Below, piece after piece: positions 19,935 to 27,866 of a stretch of 57,421 nucleotides of DNA (within the stretch, counting starts at the first letter, position 1; every line of letters begins with the position of its first letter). The DNA is taken from NCBI GenBank assembly GCA_964596225.1, contig CAZQUB010000002.1:1-57421 (forward strand), written 5' to 3'. The DNA is from an uncultured Acidimicrobiaceae bacterium. GTDB taxonomy: Bacteria; Actinomycetota; Acidimicrobiia; Spongiisociales; UBA5794. A model generated the notes under the pieces. It saw only the letters and a list, made by a program, of their open reading frames with translations, did no database searches and had not been told where the DNA came from. The position numbers were made by a program, and so were the translations under genes.

Positions 19935-20855
19935 TCAGGCTTCCCGTTCCTCGAGCCAGTGTTGGGCATCGAGGGCGGCCTGACATCCCATCCCGGCCGC
20001 GGTGATCGCCTGACGGTACACCGAGTCGGCGACGTCTCCGCCCGCGAACACCCCGGGAACCGAGGTCCTGCTGGCGCCGTGCAGCACGATGTAGCCCTTG
20101 GCGTCGAGGTCGATCTGGTCACGGAAGACGGCGGTGTTGGGATCGTGGCCGATGGCGACGAACATGCCGTCCACCGCCAGCACCGATACCTCGCCCGTCT
20201 TCACGTTGCGGATCCGGACCCCCGTCACCTCGTCGTCGCCGAGGACCTCCTCCACCACGCTGTCCCACACGACGTCGATCTTGTCGTGGGCGAGTGCCCG
20301 CCGAACCATGATCTCGGAAGCGCGGAACTCATCACGGCGGTGGATGATGGTGACCTTGCTGGCGAAGCGGGTGAGGAACAGTGCTTCCTCCATGGCGCTG
20401 TCGCCGCCGCCGACGACCGCCAGTTCCCGGTCACGGAAGAAGAACCCGTCACACGTTGCGCACGCCGAGACCCCGTGGCCCCGAAGTCGTTCCTCGCCGG
20501 GGATCCCCAGCCAGCGCGCCGAGGCGCCGGTGGAGATGATGACGGTCTCCGCTTCGTACTCGTCGTCACCGGCCCAGGCCCGGAAGGGGTGGGCGGAGAA
20601 GTCGACCTCGTCGACGTCCGCCGCGATGATGCGGGTACCGAAACGCTCAGCCTGCTTGCGGAGCTGTTCCATCAGCTCCGGTCCCAGGACCCCGTCGGGG
20701 AAGCCCGGGTAGTTCTCGACGTCGGTGGTGAGCATGAGTTGCCCGCCACGCTCGAATCCCTCGATGACGACGGGTTCCAGGCCGGCGCGGGCGGCGTAGA
20801 TCGCCGCGGTGAGGCCTGCCGGCCCCGAGCCGACGATGAGGACCTTCTCGGCCAT
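19935..20855 (-). CDS. trxB: Thioredoxin-disulfide reductase
   Basis: 306 aa from ATG 20855. FAD site [17 protein letters not shown], redox-active CATCDG, NADPH site [10 protein letters not shown]. Confidence 0.95.
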   Translation of the reverse strand: MAEKVLIVGSGPAGLTAAIYAARAGLEPVVIEGFERGGQLMLTTDVENYPGFPDGVLGPELMEQLRKQAERFGTRIIAADVDEVDFSAHPFRAWAGDDEYEAETVIISTGASARWLGIPGEERLRGHGVSACATCDGFFFRDRELAVVGGGDSAMEEALFLTRFASKVTIIHRRDEFRASEIMVRRALAHDKIDVVWDSVVEEVLGDDEVTGVRIRNVKTGEVSVLAVDGMFVAIGHDPNTAVFRDQIDLDAKGYIVLHGASRTSVPGVFAGGDVADSVYRQAITAAGMGCQAALDAQHWLEEREA

Positions 20856-20857
20856 GT

Positions 20858-21148
20858 TCAGCTCTCTTTCGGAGTGTCGATCGTGCGTCTGCCCAGCAGT
20901 AACAGCCCGGTGACGACGAATAATCCACCGAGGAGCACGTAGGCCCACTCGACTCCGATGAGCTCGCCGAGAAGTCGGAACACAGCGACGATGAGGAAGA
21001 CGACGACGACGAGACCGAGCAGGGCGATGATCATGCTCGCCGCGGTCCACTTGATCCAGCGGGCGATGCGATCGACAGTCATCGCTCGTATCCGGGCGGC
21101 GGTGGTCTCGAGCAGGTCGGCGATCTTGGCAGGGAAGTCTTCCATCAT
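20858..21148 (-). CDS. Small membrane protein (two predicted TM helices), function unknown
   Basis: 96 aa. Amphipathic N-terminus then two hydrophobic segments ([38 protein letters not shown]). Ends 2 nt before the trxB start. Confidence 0.6.
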   Translation of the reverse strand: MMEDFPAKIADLLETTAARIRAMTVDRIARWIKWTAASMIIALLGLVVVVFLIVAVFRLLGELIGVEWAYVLLGGLFVVTGLLLLGRRTIDTPKES

Positions 21149-21192
21149 GAAGCCGAGGTTAGTCCGCCGGTGGCTTCAGGCTCCAGACCACC

Positions 21193-22035
21193 TCACGGGG
21201 AGCGGTCGACGATGGTGCACGACGGCAGGAGGTGGCTGAGGATGACGGTGTCGTCGACCTCGGCAGGCACGTAGGCGATCACCTGGACCTCCCCCTCGTC
21301 GCTCATGGCGTCGGCGACGACGAAGGCGGTGACGGTGTCCGGGAGCTCGGCGAGACCGGTGTCGACGCAGGTCCCGGCCCACAGGTCTCCCCCGTAGCCG
21401 CCGGCGTTGGGGACCGCCGCATCCTCGCCGTCCGTCTCGAGACGATCGGTCGTCTTGAGGGCGTCACCGCCGGCGGCGATCACCTCCCGGCGGACCGTGT
21501 CGAGATCGGGTACGGGCCCCAACGTCATGGAGGCCCGGGTCGTCTCCTCCGTCATGGCGTCCCCGAGGGGGGCAACGTCGGAAGCCGCACTCAGGTTGTC
21601 GCCCGGCACCGGCGTCGCCGGCGTGGACTCGTCACGCTCTGCCTGGGCGGCGGCGATGGTGATGTCGGAGGAGTCTTCGGAGGCGAGGAAGGAGAGGTGG
21701 GGAGCGACGGTGAGGACCCCGATCAGCACTGCAGCGACTCCGGCGAGGGCGGCGACGCGGGAGGCGATGCGACTCCGTCGAGGTCGATGCTCCGCCACGG
21801 TGACGAGTCCGAGGCGCCGGTGCATGGTGCTGTGGAGGTCGGCGGATTCGGCGGCGGTGAGGAAGGCGCGTGGAGCGCCGTGGAGCGCCGCGAGCGCTGT
21901 CTGCTGCATTGCGAGCTCGGCGGCGCACAGGTCACATTCGGCGATGTGCTCGCGGACGGCACGTGCCCGCGACTCGTCCAGCGTCCCGTCGAGGAGCGCC
22001 AGGATGGTCTCGGGGTCGTTGCTGTGCATCGTCAT
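21193..22035 (-). CDS. Anti-sigma factor (zf-HC2 type), single-pass membrane protein
   Basis: 280 aa. HIAECDLC (HxxxCxxC) motif, central TM (AALAGVAAVLIGVLTVA). 4-nt overlap with the upstream ECF sigma gene. Confidence 0.8.
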   Translation of the reverse strand: MTMHSNDPETILALLDGTLDESRARAVREHIAECDLCAAELAMQQTALAALHGAPRAFLTAAESADLHSTMHRRLGLVTVAEHRPRRSRIASRVAALAGVAAVLIGVLTVAPHLSFLASEDSSDITIAAAQAERDESTPATPVPGDNLSAASDVAPLGDAMTEETTRASMTLGPVPDLDTVRREVIAAGGDALKTTDRLETDGEDAAVPNAGGYGGDLWAGTCVDTGLAELPDTVTAFVVADAMSDEGEVQVIAYVPAEVDDTVILSHLLPSCTIVDRSP

Positions 22036-22604
22036 TCGTCCCTTGGATGCTCCGGAGTGGCGCGGAGGTTCCCGAGATGGCTCGCCAGCTGGCGCCTCCC
22101 CCGGAAGACTCGCGACTTGACGGTGCCGACCGGGACCCCGAGGAGCTGGGCAACGGTTTCGAGGGCGAGTCCCTCCAGGTCGACCAGCACCACCGCGGCA
22201 CGGAATTCGGGGGGCACTTCCCCGAGTGCGGTCTCGATGTCCGGCCGCAGTTCGACCGCGGCGTACTGATCGGCGCTGGAGACGTCCACCGGGTCGAGCG
22301 TGTCGGGGAGGGGATCGGCCCGGTGGCGGCGGCCGCGGCGGAGGTGGTCGTAGCAGGCATTGACCGCCACCCGGTACAGCCAGGTGCTGAAGGCTGCCTG
22401 GGCCCGGTAGCGATCCACCTTGCGGAACACCGTGAGGAAGGTCTCCTGGGTGGCGTCGAGGGCCTGTTCCCGATCCCGCAGCATGCGCAGGCAGATGGCG
22501 AAGACCCGATCTTCGTGGGCACGCATCAACTCGTCGAAGGCGGCGACGTCCCCGCCAAGGTACCGCTCGATCAGGTCGATGTCGGCCGCGGCACGATCGG
22601 TCAT
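22032..22604 (-). CDS. ECF (group IV) RNA polymerase sigma factor, SigM-like by synteny
   Basis: 190 aa from ATG 22604. Region 2 (FDELMRAHEDRVFAICLRML...ALDATQETFL) and region 4 (LEGLALETVAQLLGVPVGTVKSRVFRGR). Confidence 0.88.
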   Translation of the reverse strand: MTDRAAADIDLIERYLGGDVAAFDELMRAHEDRVFAICLRMLRDREQALDATQETFLTVFRKVDRYRAQAAFSTWLYRVAVNACYDHLRRGRRHRADPLPDTLDPVDVSSADQYAAVELRPDIETALGEVPPEFRAAVVLVDLEGLALETVAQLLGVPVGTVKSRVFRGRRQLASHLGNLRATPEHPRDE

Positions 22605-22638
22605 GGCAGTTCGATTGTGGTGCGGTGGCGGGTGTCTG

Positions 22639-23943
22639 TCACGAATGGAACACCACCTCGGCAACCCGGGAGTAGTACTCGCCGTCGCCTTGGTCGGGAA
22701 GATCGGTGAGCCAGAGGAGCCAGGTTCCGCCTTCGCGATGGGGGAGCTGCATCTGGACCGGTCCGCCGAGGGCGTTGCCGGAGCCGACCTCGTCCCAGGC
22801 CGCGAAGTCGTCGGGGACCTGATCCGCCCATGCCACCGTGAACCGGGTGCCGGTCGAGAGGTGGAGTTCGACCGAGGTCGGGTCGCCGTCGACCGTGAAG
22901 AGCAGTCCCACCCCCGGTTTGTTGAGGCGGGCCAGCGGATCGAAGTACCGCTCGGTGCGCCACGAGGTCTCCAGGTCGCCGTCGACGACGTTGGGGACCT
23001 CGGAGTCGCGTTCCGTCTGGTCGCCGAACGGGTCGTAGACGGCGGCGGTCGCCGCCAGCGATCCGGTGGGGATGGTGACGGGTTGGGTCGTGGTGGTTTC
23101 GAAGGCGTTGGTGGTGGAGGTGGTGGCGGCTGGGGGTGTGGCGGGGAAGAGGAAGGGGGAGTCGGGGTCGACGTCGATCGCGAGACCGGCGGCGGCGATC
23201 AGGACCGCGGACACCAGGAGCACCGTCGCCGGCACCAGCCAGCGCCACGACCACCCGCCCCGTGGTTCGGCGGGCGGGACGTAGGGGGTGGCGCGCAGCG
23301 CCGCGGCCAGGCCGGCGGCGTCGAGGCGGCCGGCTTCGGCGTCGGCGAGGGCGCGGTCGACCGTGGCGGGGAGTCCCTCGACCAGCTGGGACGGGTTGAG
23401 ACCCTGCTGATCGGACCCGGTGAGGGCCAGCCGCAACGCCCGCGCCAGCGAGGCGGTGTCGTCCCCGGGCGCCAGCGACCGGCGGGGACGGCCGAACGCG
23501 CCCAGCTTGGCGGGATGGGCGGCGGAGAAGAGGATCGCGCCCGAGTCGATGGCGCCGTGGGTGGCTCCCGCCGCGTGGAGGGCCGCCAGCCCGTCGGCGA
23601 GCCCGGCGGCGTTGGGGAGGAACTCGGAGACGGGCAAGGTCTCCGCGGCCCGCAGCCGGTCCGCCACCGAAACGCCTCCGTTCCATTCCAGGGCCGAGTA
23701 GGCCCCGCCGCCGGGGGACTTCGCCACCGCGTAGACGCCGGCGAGATGGAGGTGCTGGACGCCGGCGGCGACCCGGATCGAGGAGACGAACTCCTCCACC
23801 CGCCGGGAAGGAGCGGCCGCGTTGAGGACGCGGAGGAGGACGGGACGGTCGAGGGTGCCATCGTTGGCGAGCCACTCCTCGACGTCCCCGTCGCGTCCCA
23901 ACCACACCTGGGTTTGGTATCGGTCGGGGAGCTGTGGAGCCAT
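22639..23943 (-). CDS. Membrane pseudokinase: degenerate Ser/Thr-kinase-like domain, one TM, Thr-rich linker, extracellular discoidin/carbohydrate-binding-like domain
   Basis: 434 aa. The kinase fold is recognisable but the catalytic motifs are lost (HGAIDSGAILF instead of HRDxKPxN, LGAFG instead of DFG, LLRVL instead of VAIK). TM WRWLVPATVLLVSAVLIAAAGLAI. C-terminal VDGDLETSWRTE... domain. Confidence 0.75.
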   Translation of the reverse strand: MAPQLPDRYQTQVWLGRDGDVEEWLANDGTLDRPVLLRVLNAAAPSRRVEEFVSSIRVAAGVQHLHLAGVYAVAKSPGGGAYSALEWNGGVSVADRLRAAETLPVSEFLPNAAGLADGLAALHAAGATHGAIDSGAILFSAAHPAKLGAFGRPRRSLAPGDDTASLARALRLALTGSDQQGLNPSQLVEGLPATVDRALADAEAGRLDAAGLAAALRATPYVPPAEPRGGWSWRWLVPATVLLVSAVLIAAAGLAIDVDPDSPFLFPATPPAATTSTTNAFETTTTQPVTIPTGSLAATAAVYDPFGDQTERDSEVPNVVDGDLETSWRTERYFDPLARLNKPGVGLLFTVDGDPTSVELHLSTGTRFTVAWADQVPDDFAAWDEVGSGNALGGPVQMQLPHREGGTWLLWLTDLPDQGDGEYYSRVAEVVFHS

Positions 23944-24034
23944 CGTTCCCTCCGGCCGGTGGAAGGTGGCATGCCCGGAGCGTTCCCGGCGCCGCCGCGC
24001 CCGAGCCTACCGGAGCGGCGGGGTCAGACGATGC

Positions 24035-24814
24035 TCACGGGACATTGCGGAGCAGGGCGAGCGGTTCGGGGAGCAGTACGAAGCCCTCGGATTCGTAGAG
24101 TGCGATGGCGCTTTCGTTGTCGAACTGGGTGTTGAGCAGCATGACCTTGGTCCCGGATTCCCTCGCTTTGCGGGCCGCGACCCGCACCAGGGAGCGTCCC
24201 ATGCCCTTCCCCTGCCATTCGGGGGAGACCGCCACCCGCTGCAGATACGACACCGCGCTGCCGAACCCGACGATGGCGAACCCTGCGGGGAGCCCCTCCC
24301 GGTCTCGGATGATGAGAACGGTGGTGCGGGGGGTGGCTTCGATCGCCTCTTGGAGGCCGAGGGCGTCGAAGCGCCAGAACGGCGAGAAGGCGGCGACGTC
24401 GATGGCGAGCAGTTTTTCGAGGGGAACGTCGTTCCCCTCCACGACGAGGTGATCGGGGGAAGGAGGCTGCCGGTCGAGGGATCGCCGCATCAGCGCGAGG
24501 TCCATGAAGGTCACGTAGCCTGCGCTGCGCCACATGCGGCGGGCGCTGGCCGGCAACGGGGGCGAGAGGACGGCCGGGGCCCCGAGTTGGTGGAGGAACT
24601 CGGTGGCGGCCTGGAGGAAGGGGGCCCCGCCGCGCACCAGCCGGATGGTCGCCTCGGGCTGGGCGTCGTTCCAGGGGCGGGCCTCGGCCCGGGCCCAGCC
24701 GCGCCGGACCGTGACCGGTCCGGGCCATTGGCCCCGGTGACTCACCTTGGGTGGTGTTTCTGCAAGCGCCATTCGAGACTTCCTGGCGACGGTGGTGATC
24801 GAGCGGCGGGCCAT
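24035..24814 (-). CDS. GNAT-family N-acetyltransferase
   Basis: Acetyl-CoA motif QRVAVSPEWQGKGMGRSLV and C-terminal ALYESEGF. The start is ATG 24814 or ATG 24772. Confidence 0.8.
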   Translation of the reverse strand: MARRSITTVARKSRMALAETPPKVSHRGQWPGPVTVRRGWARAEARPWNDAQPEATIRLVRGGAPFLQAATEFLHQLGAPAVLSPPLPASARRMWRSAGYVTFMDLALMRRSLDRQPPSPDHLVVEGNDVPLEKLLAIDVAAFSPFWRFDALGLQEAIEATPRTTVLIIRDREGLPAGFAIVGFGSAVSYLQRVAVSPEWQGKGMGRSLVRVAARKARESGTKVMLLNTQFDNESAIALYESEGFVLLPEPLALLRNVP

Positions 24815-24863
24815 ACGTTACCGTGGCGGCCGACTGCCGAAATCGACGTGGGATGATGGGACC

Positions 24864-25886
24864 ATGCGTGTTGCACTCGTGACACACCCCAGTGCCCTCG
24901 AGCACGACACCGGGTTCGGGCATCCCGAACGTGCTGCCCGCATCCCTGCCGTTCTCACCGGGGTGCGATCGTCCCGGCTCGAGGTGGTGGACGTGGAGGC
25001 TCCGGAAGCCGACCTCGCCACCATCGGTTTGGTCCACGAGGCGAGCTACATCGAGGAGATCCGCGGTTTCTGCCTCGGTGGAGGCGGCCTCCTCGACGTC
25101 GACACCGTCGCCAGCCGGGGGACGTGGGAGGCGGCGATCCGGGCTGCCGGGGCGGGCGGTGCCGCGGTGGAGACGCTGCGGCGGGGTGACGCCGACGTCG
25201 GGTTCGTGGCGATGCGGCCCCCGGGACATCACGCCCTGGCGCGACGGGCCATGGGGTTCTGCATCTTCAACAACATCGCCATCACCGCGCGTAATCTGAC
25301 GCGCCAGGGGGAGCGGGTGGCGATCGTGGACTGGGACGTGCACCACGGCAACGGCACCCAGGAGACGTTCCTTCGTGATCCGTCCGTGCTCTACCTCTCG
25401 CTCCACGAGTTCCCGGCGTACCCGGGGACCGGGTGGGTCGAGGAGGTGGGGGAGGAGCCGGCGAGGGGCAAGACGATCAACTTCGCGTGGCCTCCGGGGT
25501 GTGACGGCGGCCCCTACCGCTGGGCGTTCGTCAATGTGGTCATCCCCATCTTGGAGCAGTTCCGCCCTGATTGGATCCTGGTGTCGTCGGGCTACGACGG
25601 GCACCGCAACGACCCGCTGGCGAGCATCAAACTCGACGAGGACGACTATGCCTTCATGGCGGGGGCACTGCGCGGGAGGGCCCCGGACGCCCGGACGATC
25701 ATGTTCTTGGAGGGCGGTTACGACCTGGCGGCTCTCACATCCGCGACCGCGGCGACCCTCGACGGATTCGCCGAACCGCCGGAACTGGAGAGCCCGGCCC
25801 CGGCGACCGGCGCCAGTTGGGACATGGCCCGGACTGTGGCATGGGCATTGATTCCATTCTGGGACCTCAAGGACCTCCCGCGGTGA
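24864..25886 (+). CDS. Histone-deacetylase-family (AcuC/acetylpolyamine amidohydrolase-like) Zn-dependent deacetylase
   Basis: 340 aa from ATG 24864. PPGHHA, FCIFNN, DWDVHHGNGTQ, GYD...DPL motifs. Confidence 0.88.
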   Translation: MRVALVTHPSALEHDTGFGHPERAARIPAVLTGVRSSRLEVVDVEAPEADLATIGLVHEASYIEEIRGFCLGGGGLLDVDTVASRGTWEAAIRAAGAGGAAVETLRRGDADVGFVAMRPPGHHALARRAMGFCIFNNIAITARNLTRQGERVAIVDWDVHHGNGTQETFLRDPSVLYLSLHEFPAYPGTGWVEEVGEEPARGKTINFAWPPGCDGGPYRWAFVNVVIPILEQFRPDWILVSSGYDGHRNDPLASIKLDEDDYAFMAGALRGRAPDARTIMFLEGGYDLAALTSATAATLDGFAEPPELESPAPATGASWDMARTVAWALIPFWDLKDLPR

Positions 25887-25962
25887 ACCGATACCACTTC
25901 GCGTAGTACGAGTCGTCACTGTGCGTGGCGGCCACCAGCTTCGGTCATCGCGGGAGGAAAAC

Positions 25963-27054
25963 GTGACCACTGCCCTGCCAACGCTCGAAGAGCTGCTCAC
26001 CAAACTGAACGAGGTTCGCGGGTCCGACCTGCACCTCAAGGTCGGCTCTCCTCCCGCCTACCGCATCGACGGATCGCTCCACCTCTCGGACCTCGCGGTG
26101 GTCACGCCGCAGAACACCGAGACCTGGGCCGAGCAGCTGCTCCCGGCTCGGGCCCAGGAGGAGTTCACCCGCCACAACGAGGCGGATTTCGCATACGGGC
26201 TCGCCAGCCTCGGCCGTTACCGGGTGAACATCTACCGTCAGCGGGGATCGATCAACATCGTGGTGCGGGCCGTCAGCCCTGCCAGCCAGGAGATCACCGA
26301 ACTGGGCCTGCCTGAAGCCGTCGAACGCCTCTGTAACGAACAACGCGGCCTGGCGCTGGTGACCGGCCCGACCGGGTCCGGGAAGAGCACCACGCTCGGC
26401 GCCATGATCGACCGGATCAACTCGACGCGGCGGGCCAACATCATCACCCTCGAGGACCCGATCGAGATCCTCCACGCCGACAAGCTCTCCATCGTGAGCC
26501 AGCGCGAGGTCGGGGTCGACACCGAGTCGTTCTCGGAGGGCCTGCGCCGGGTGCTGCGCCAAGACCCGGACGTCATCTTCATCGGTGAGATGCGCGACAA
26601 CGAGACGGTGGAGGCGGCGCTGCGCGCCGCCGAGACCGGCCACCTGGTGCTCTCGACGCTCCACACCAATGACGCCACGGAGACTGTGAACCGCATCGTC
26701 GACTACTTCCCTCCCCACCAGCAGCACCAGATCCGGCTCATGCTGGCCTCGACCCTCACCGGCGTGATCAGCCAGCGGCTCGTCCCCCGCGCCGACGGCA
26801 ACGGACGGGTCCCGGCCGTCGAGCTGCTGATCAACACCGAGCGAGTGTTCGAACGGATCGCCGATCCGGCACGGACCCACACGCTGGAAGAGGTCATGGC
26901 GGACGGCGAGTACTACGGCATGCAGACCTTCGACCAAGCGCTGCTGCACCTGTTCTCGGCGGGCAAGGTCTCGTTCCAGGACGCCCTGGCCCACGCCTCG
27001 CACCCCACCGATTTTCGACTGGCCGCACAGAGTTTGGGACTGCGTTCAGCGTAG
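25963..27054 (+). CDS. pilT: PilT-type type IV pilus retraction (twitching motility) ATPase
   Basis: 363 aa from GTG 25963 (GGGAGG RBS upstream). SDLHL, Walker A GPTGSGKSTT, Asp box ITLEDPIE, Walker B DPDVIFIGEMRD, His box TGHLVLSTLHTND. Confidence 0.88.
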   Translation: MTTALPTLEELLTKLNEVRGSDLHLKVGSPPAYRIDGSLHLSDLAVVTPQNTETWAEQLLPARAQEEFTRHNEADFAYGLASLGRYRVNIYRQRGSINIVVRAVSPASQEITELGLPEAVERLCNEQRGLALVTGPTGSGKSTTLGAMIDRINSTRRANIITLEDPIEILHADKLSIVSQREVGVDTESFSEGLRRVLRQDPDVIFIGEMRDNETVEAALRAAETGHLVLSTLHTNDATETVNRIVDYFPPHQQHQIRLMLASTLTGVISQRLVPRADGNGRVPAVELLINTERVFERIADPARTHTLEEVMADGEYYGMQTFDQALLHLFSAGKVSFQDALAHASHPTDFRLAAQSLGLRSA

Positions 27055-27178
27055 CTGGCGTCCCGACACCCAGGTACCGGACCTGGGACCCGGATGAAGC
27101 CTATTGGCAGGGTGGACCGGTTCCCAGGTCCGGAGTCCTGGACCTTCCCTCTCCCATCCTGAGCTACGCTGCCGCGTC

Positions 27179-27802
27179 ATGCCCGACTTCACCTGCCGCC
27201 AGTGCGGCGCGACCTTCTCGCTGTCCGAACACGTCCTTGCCCGCTACCCGGGATGGACCCCGACGAAGTGCCGCGCCTGCAGGGACGGCGGCGGTGGGTC
27301 CACCGGCATCCGGAAGCGCCGGGGCGAGCAGGCGACCACCGAAGACGTGCTCGCCGCCTACCAGGGCGGTCCCGACAGCGGGGTGTTCACCGACGGCAGC
27401 GCGGTTCCCAACCCGGGCCCGGGCGGGTGGGGGGCGGTGTACGTCATCGACGGTGAAATCGTCGGCGAACGCCACGGCCACGAACCCGCCACCACCAACA
27501 ACCGGATGGAACTGACCGCCCTCATCGAGGGGGCGGATCTGGTGCCGGAGGGCACGGCGGCGACGGTCTACTCCGACTCCCGTCTGGCGGTCCGCACCGT
27601 CACCGAATGGGCGGCCGGGTGGGAGCGGCGCGGCTGGAAACGCAAGTCGGGCCCGGTGGAGAATCTCGACCTCGTGAAACGGGCCTTCACCCTGTACCGG
27701 CGCCGTCCCGAGCTGCAGGTGGAATGGATCGCGGCCCACGCCGGACACCGCTGGAACGAGTACGCCGACGCCCTCGCCGGCCGCTGGCGCACCTCCGGTT
27801 GA
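27179..27802 (+). CDS. rnhA: Ribonuclease HI with an N-terminal CxxC...CxxC zinc-ribbon extension
   Basis: 207 aa from ATG 27179. N-terminus CRQCGATF...TKCRACRDGG. RNase H core VFTDGSAVPNPGPGGWG, TNNRMELTA, YSDS, HAGHRWNEYADALA. Confidence 0.85.
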   Translation: MPDFTCRQCGATFSLSEHVLARYPGWTPTKCRACRDGGGGSTGIRKRRGEQATTEDVLAAYQGGPDSGVFTDGSAVPNPGPGGWGAVYVIDGEIVGERHGHEPATTNNRMELTALIEGADLVPEGTAATVYSDSRLAVRTVTEWAAGWERRGWKRKSGPVENLDLVKRAFTLYRRRPELQVEWIAAHAGHRWNEYADALAGRWRTSG

Positions 27803-27866
27803 CCACGGGCGACCGCGGAACTCCGGGGGCACGGGCCGCGGCCCCGTCCCGGGTAACCTCCATGGC

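Noticed and set aside
27673-27680. CGTGAAAC, a parS right half-site inside rnhA
   Set aside because: The left half does not match (…GACCT), so it is a chance half-site within coding sequence.
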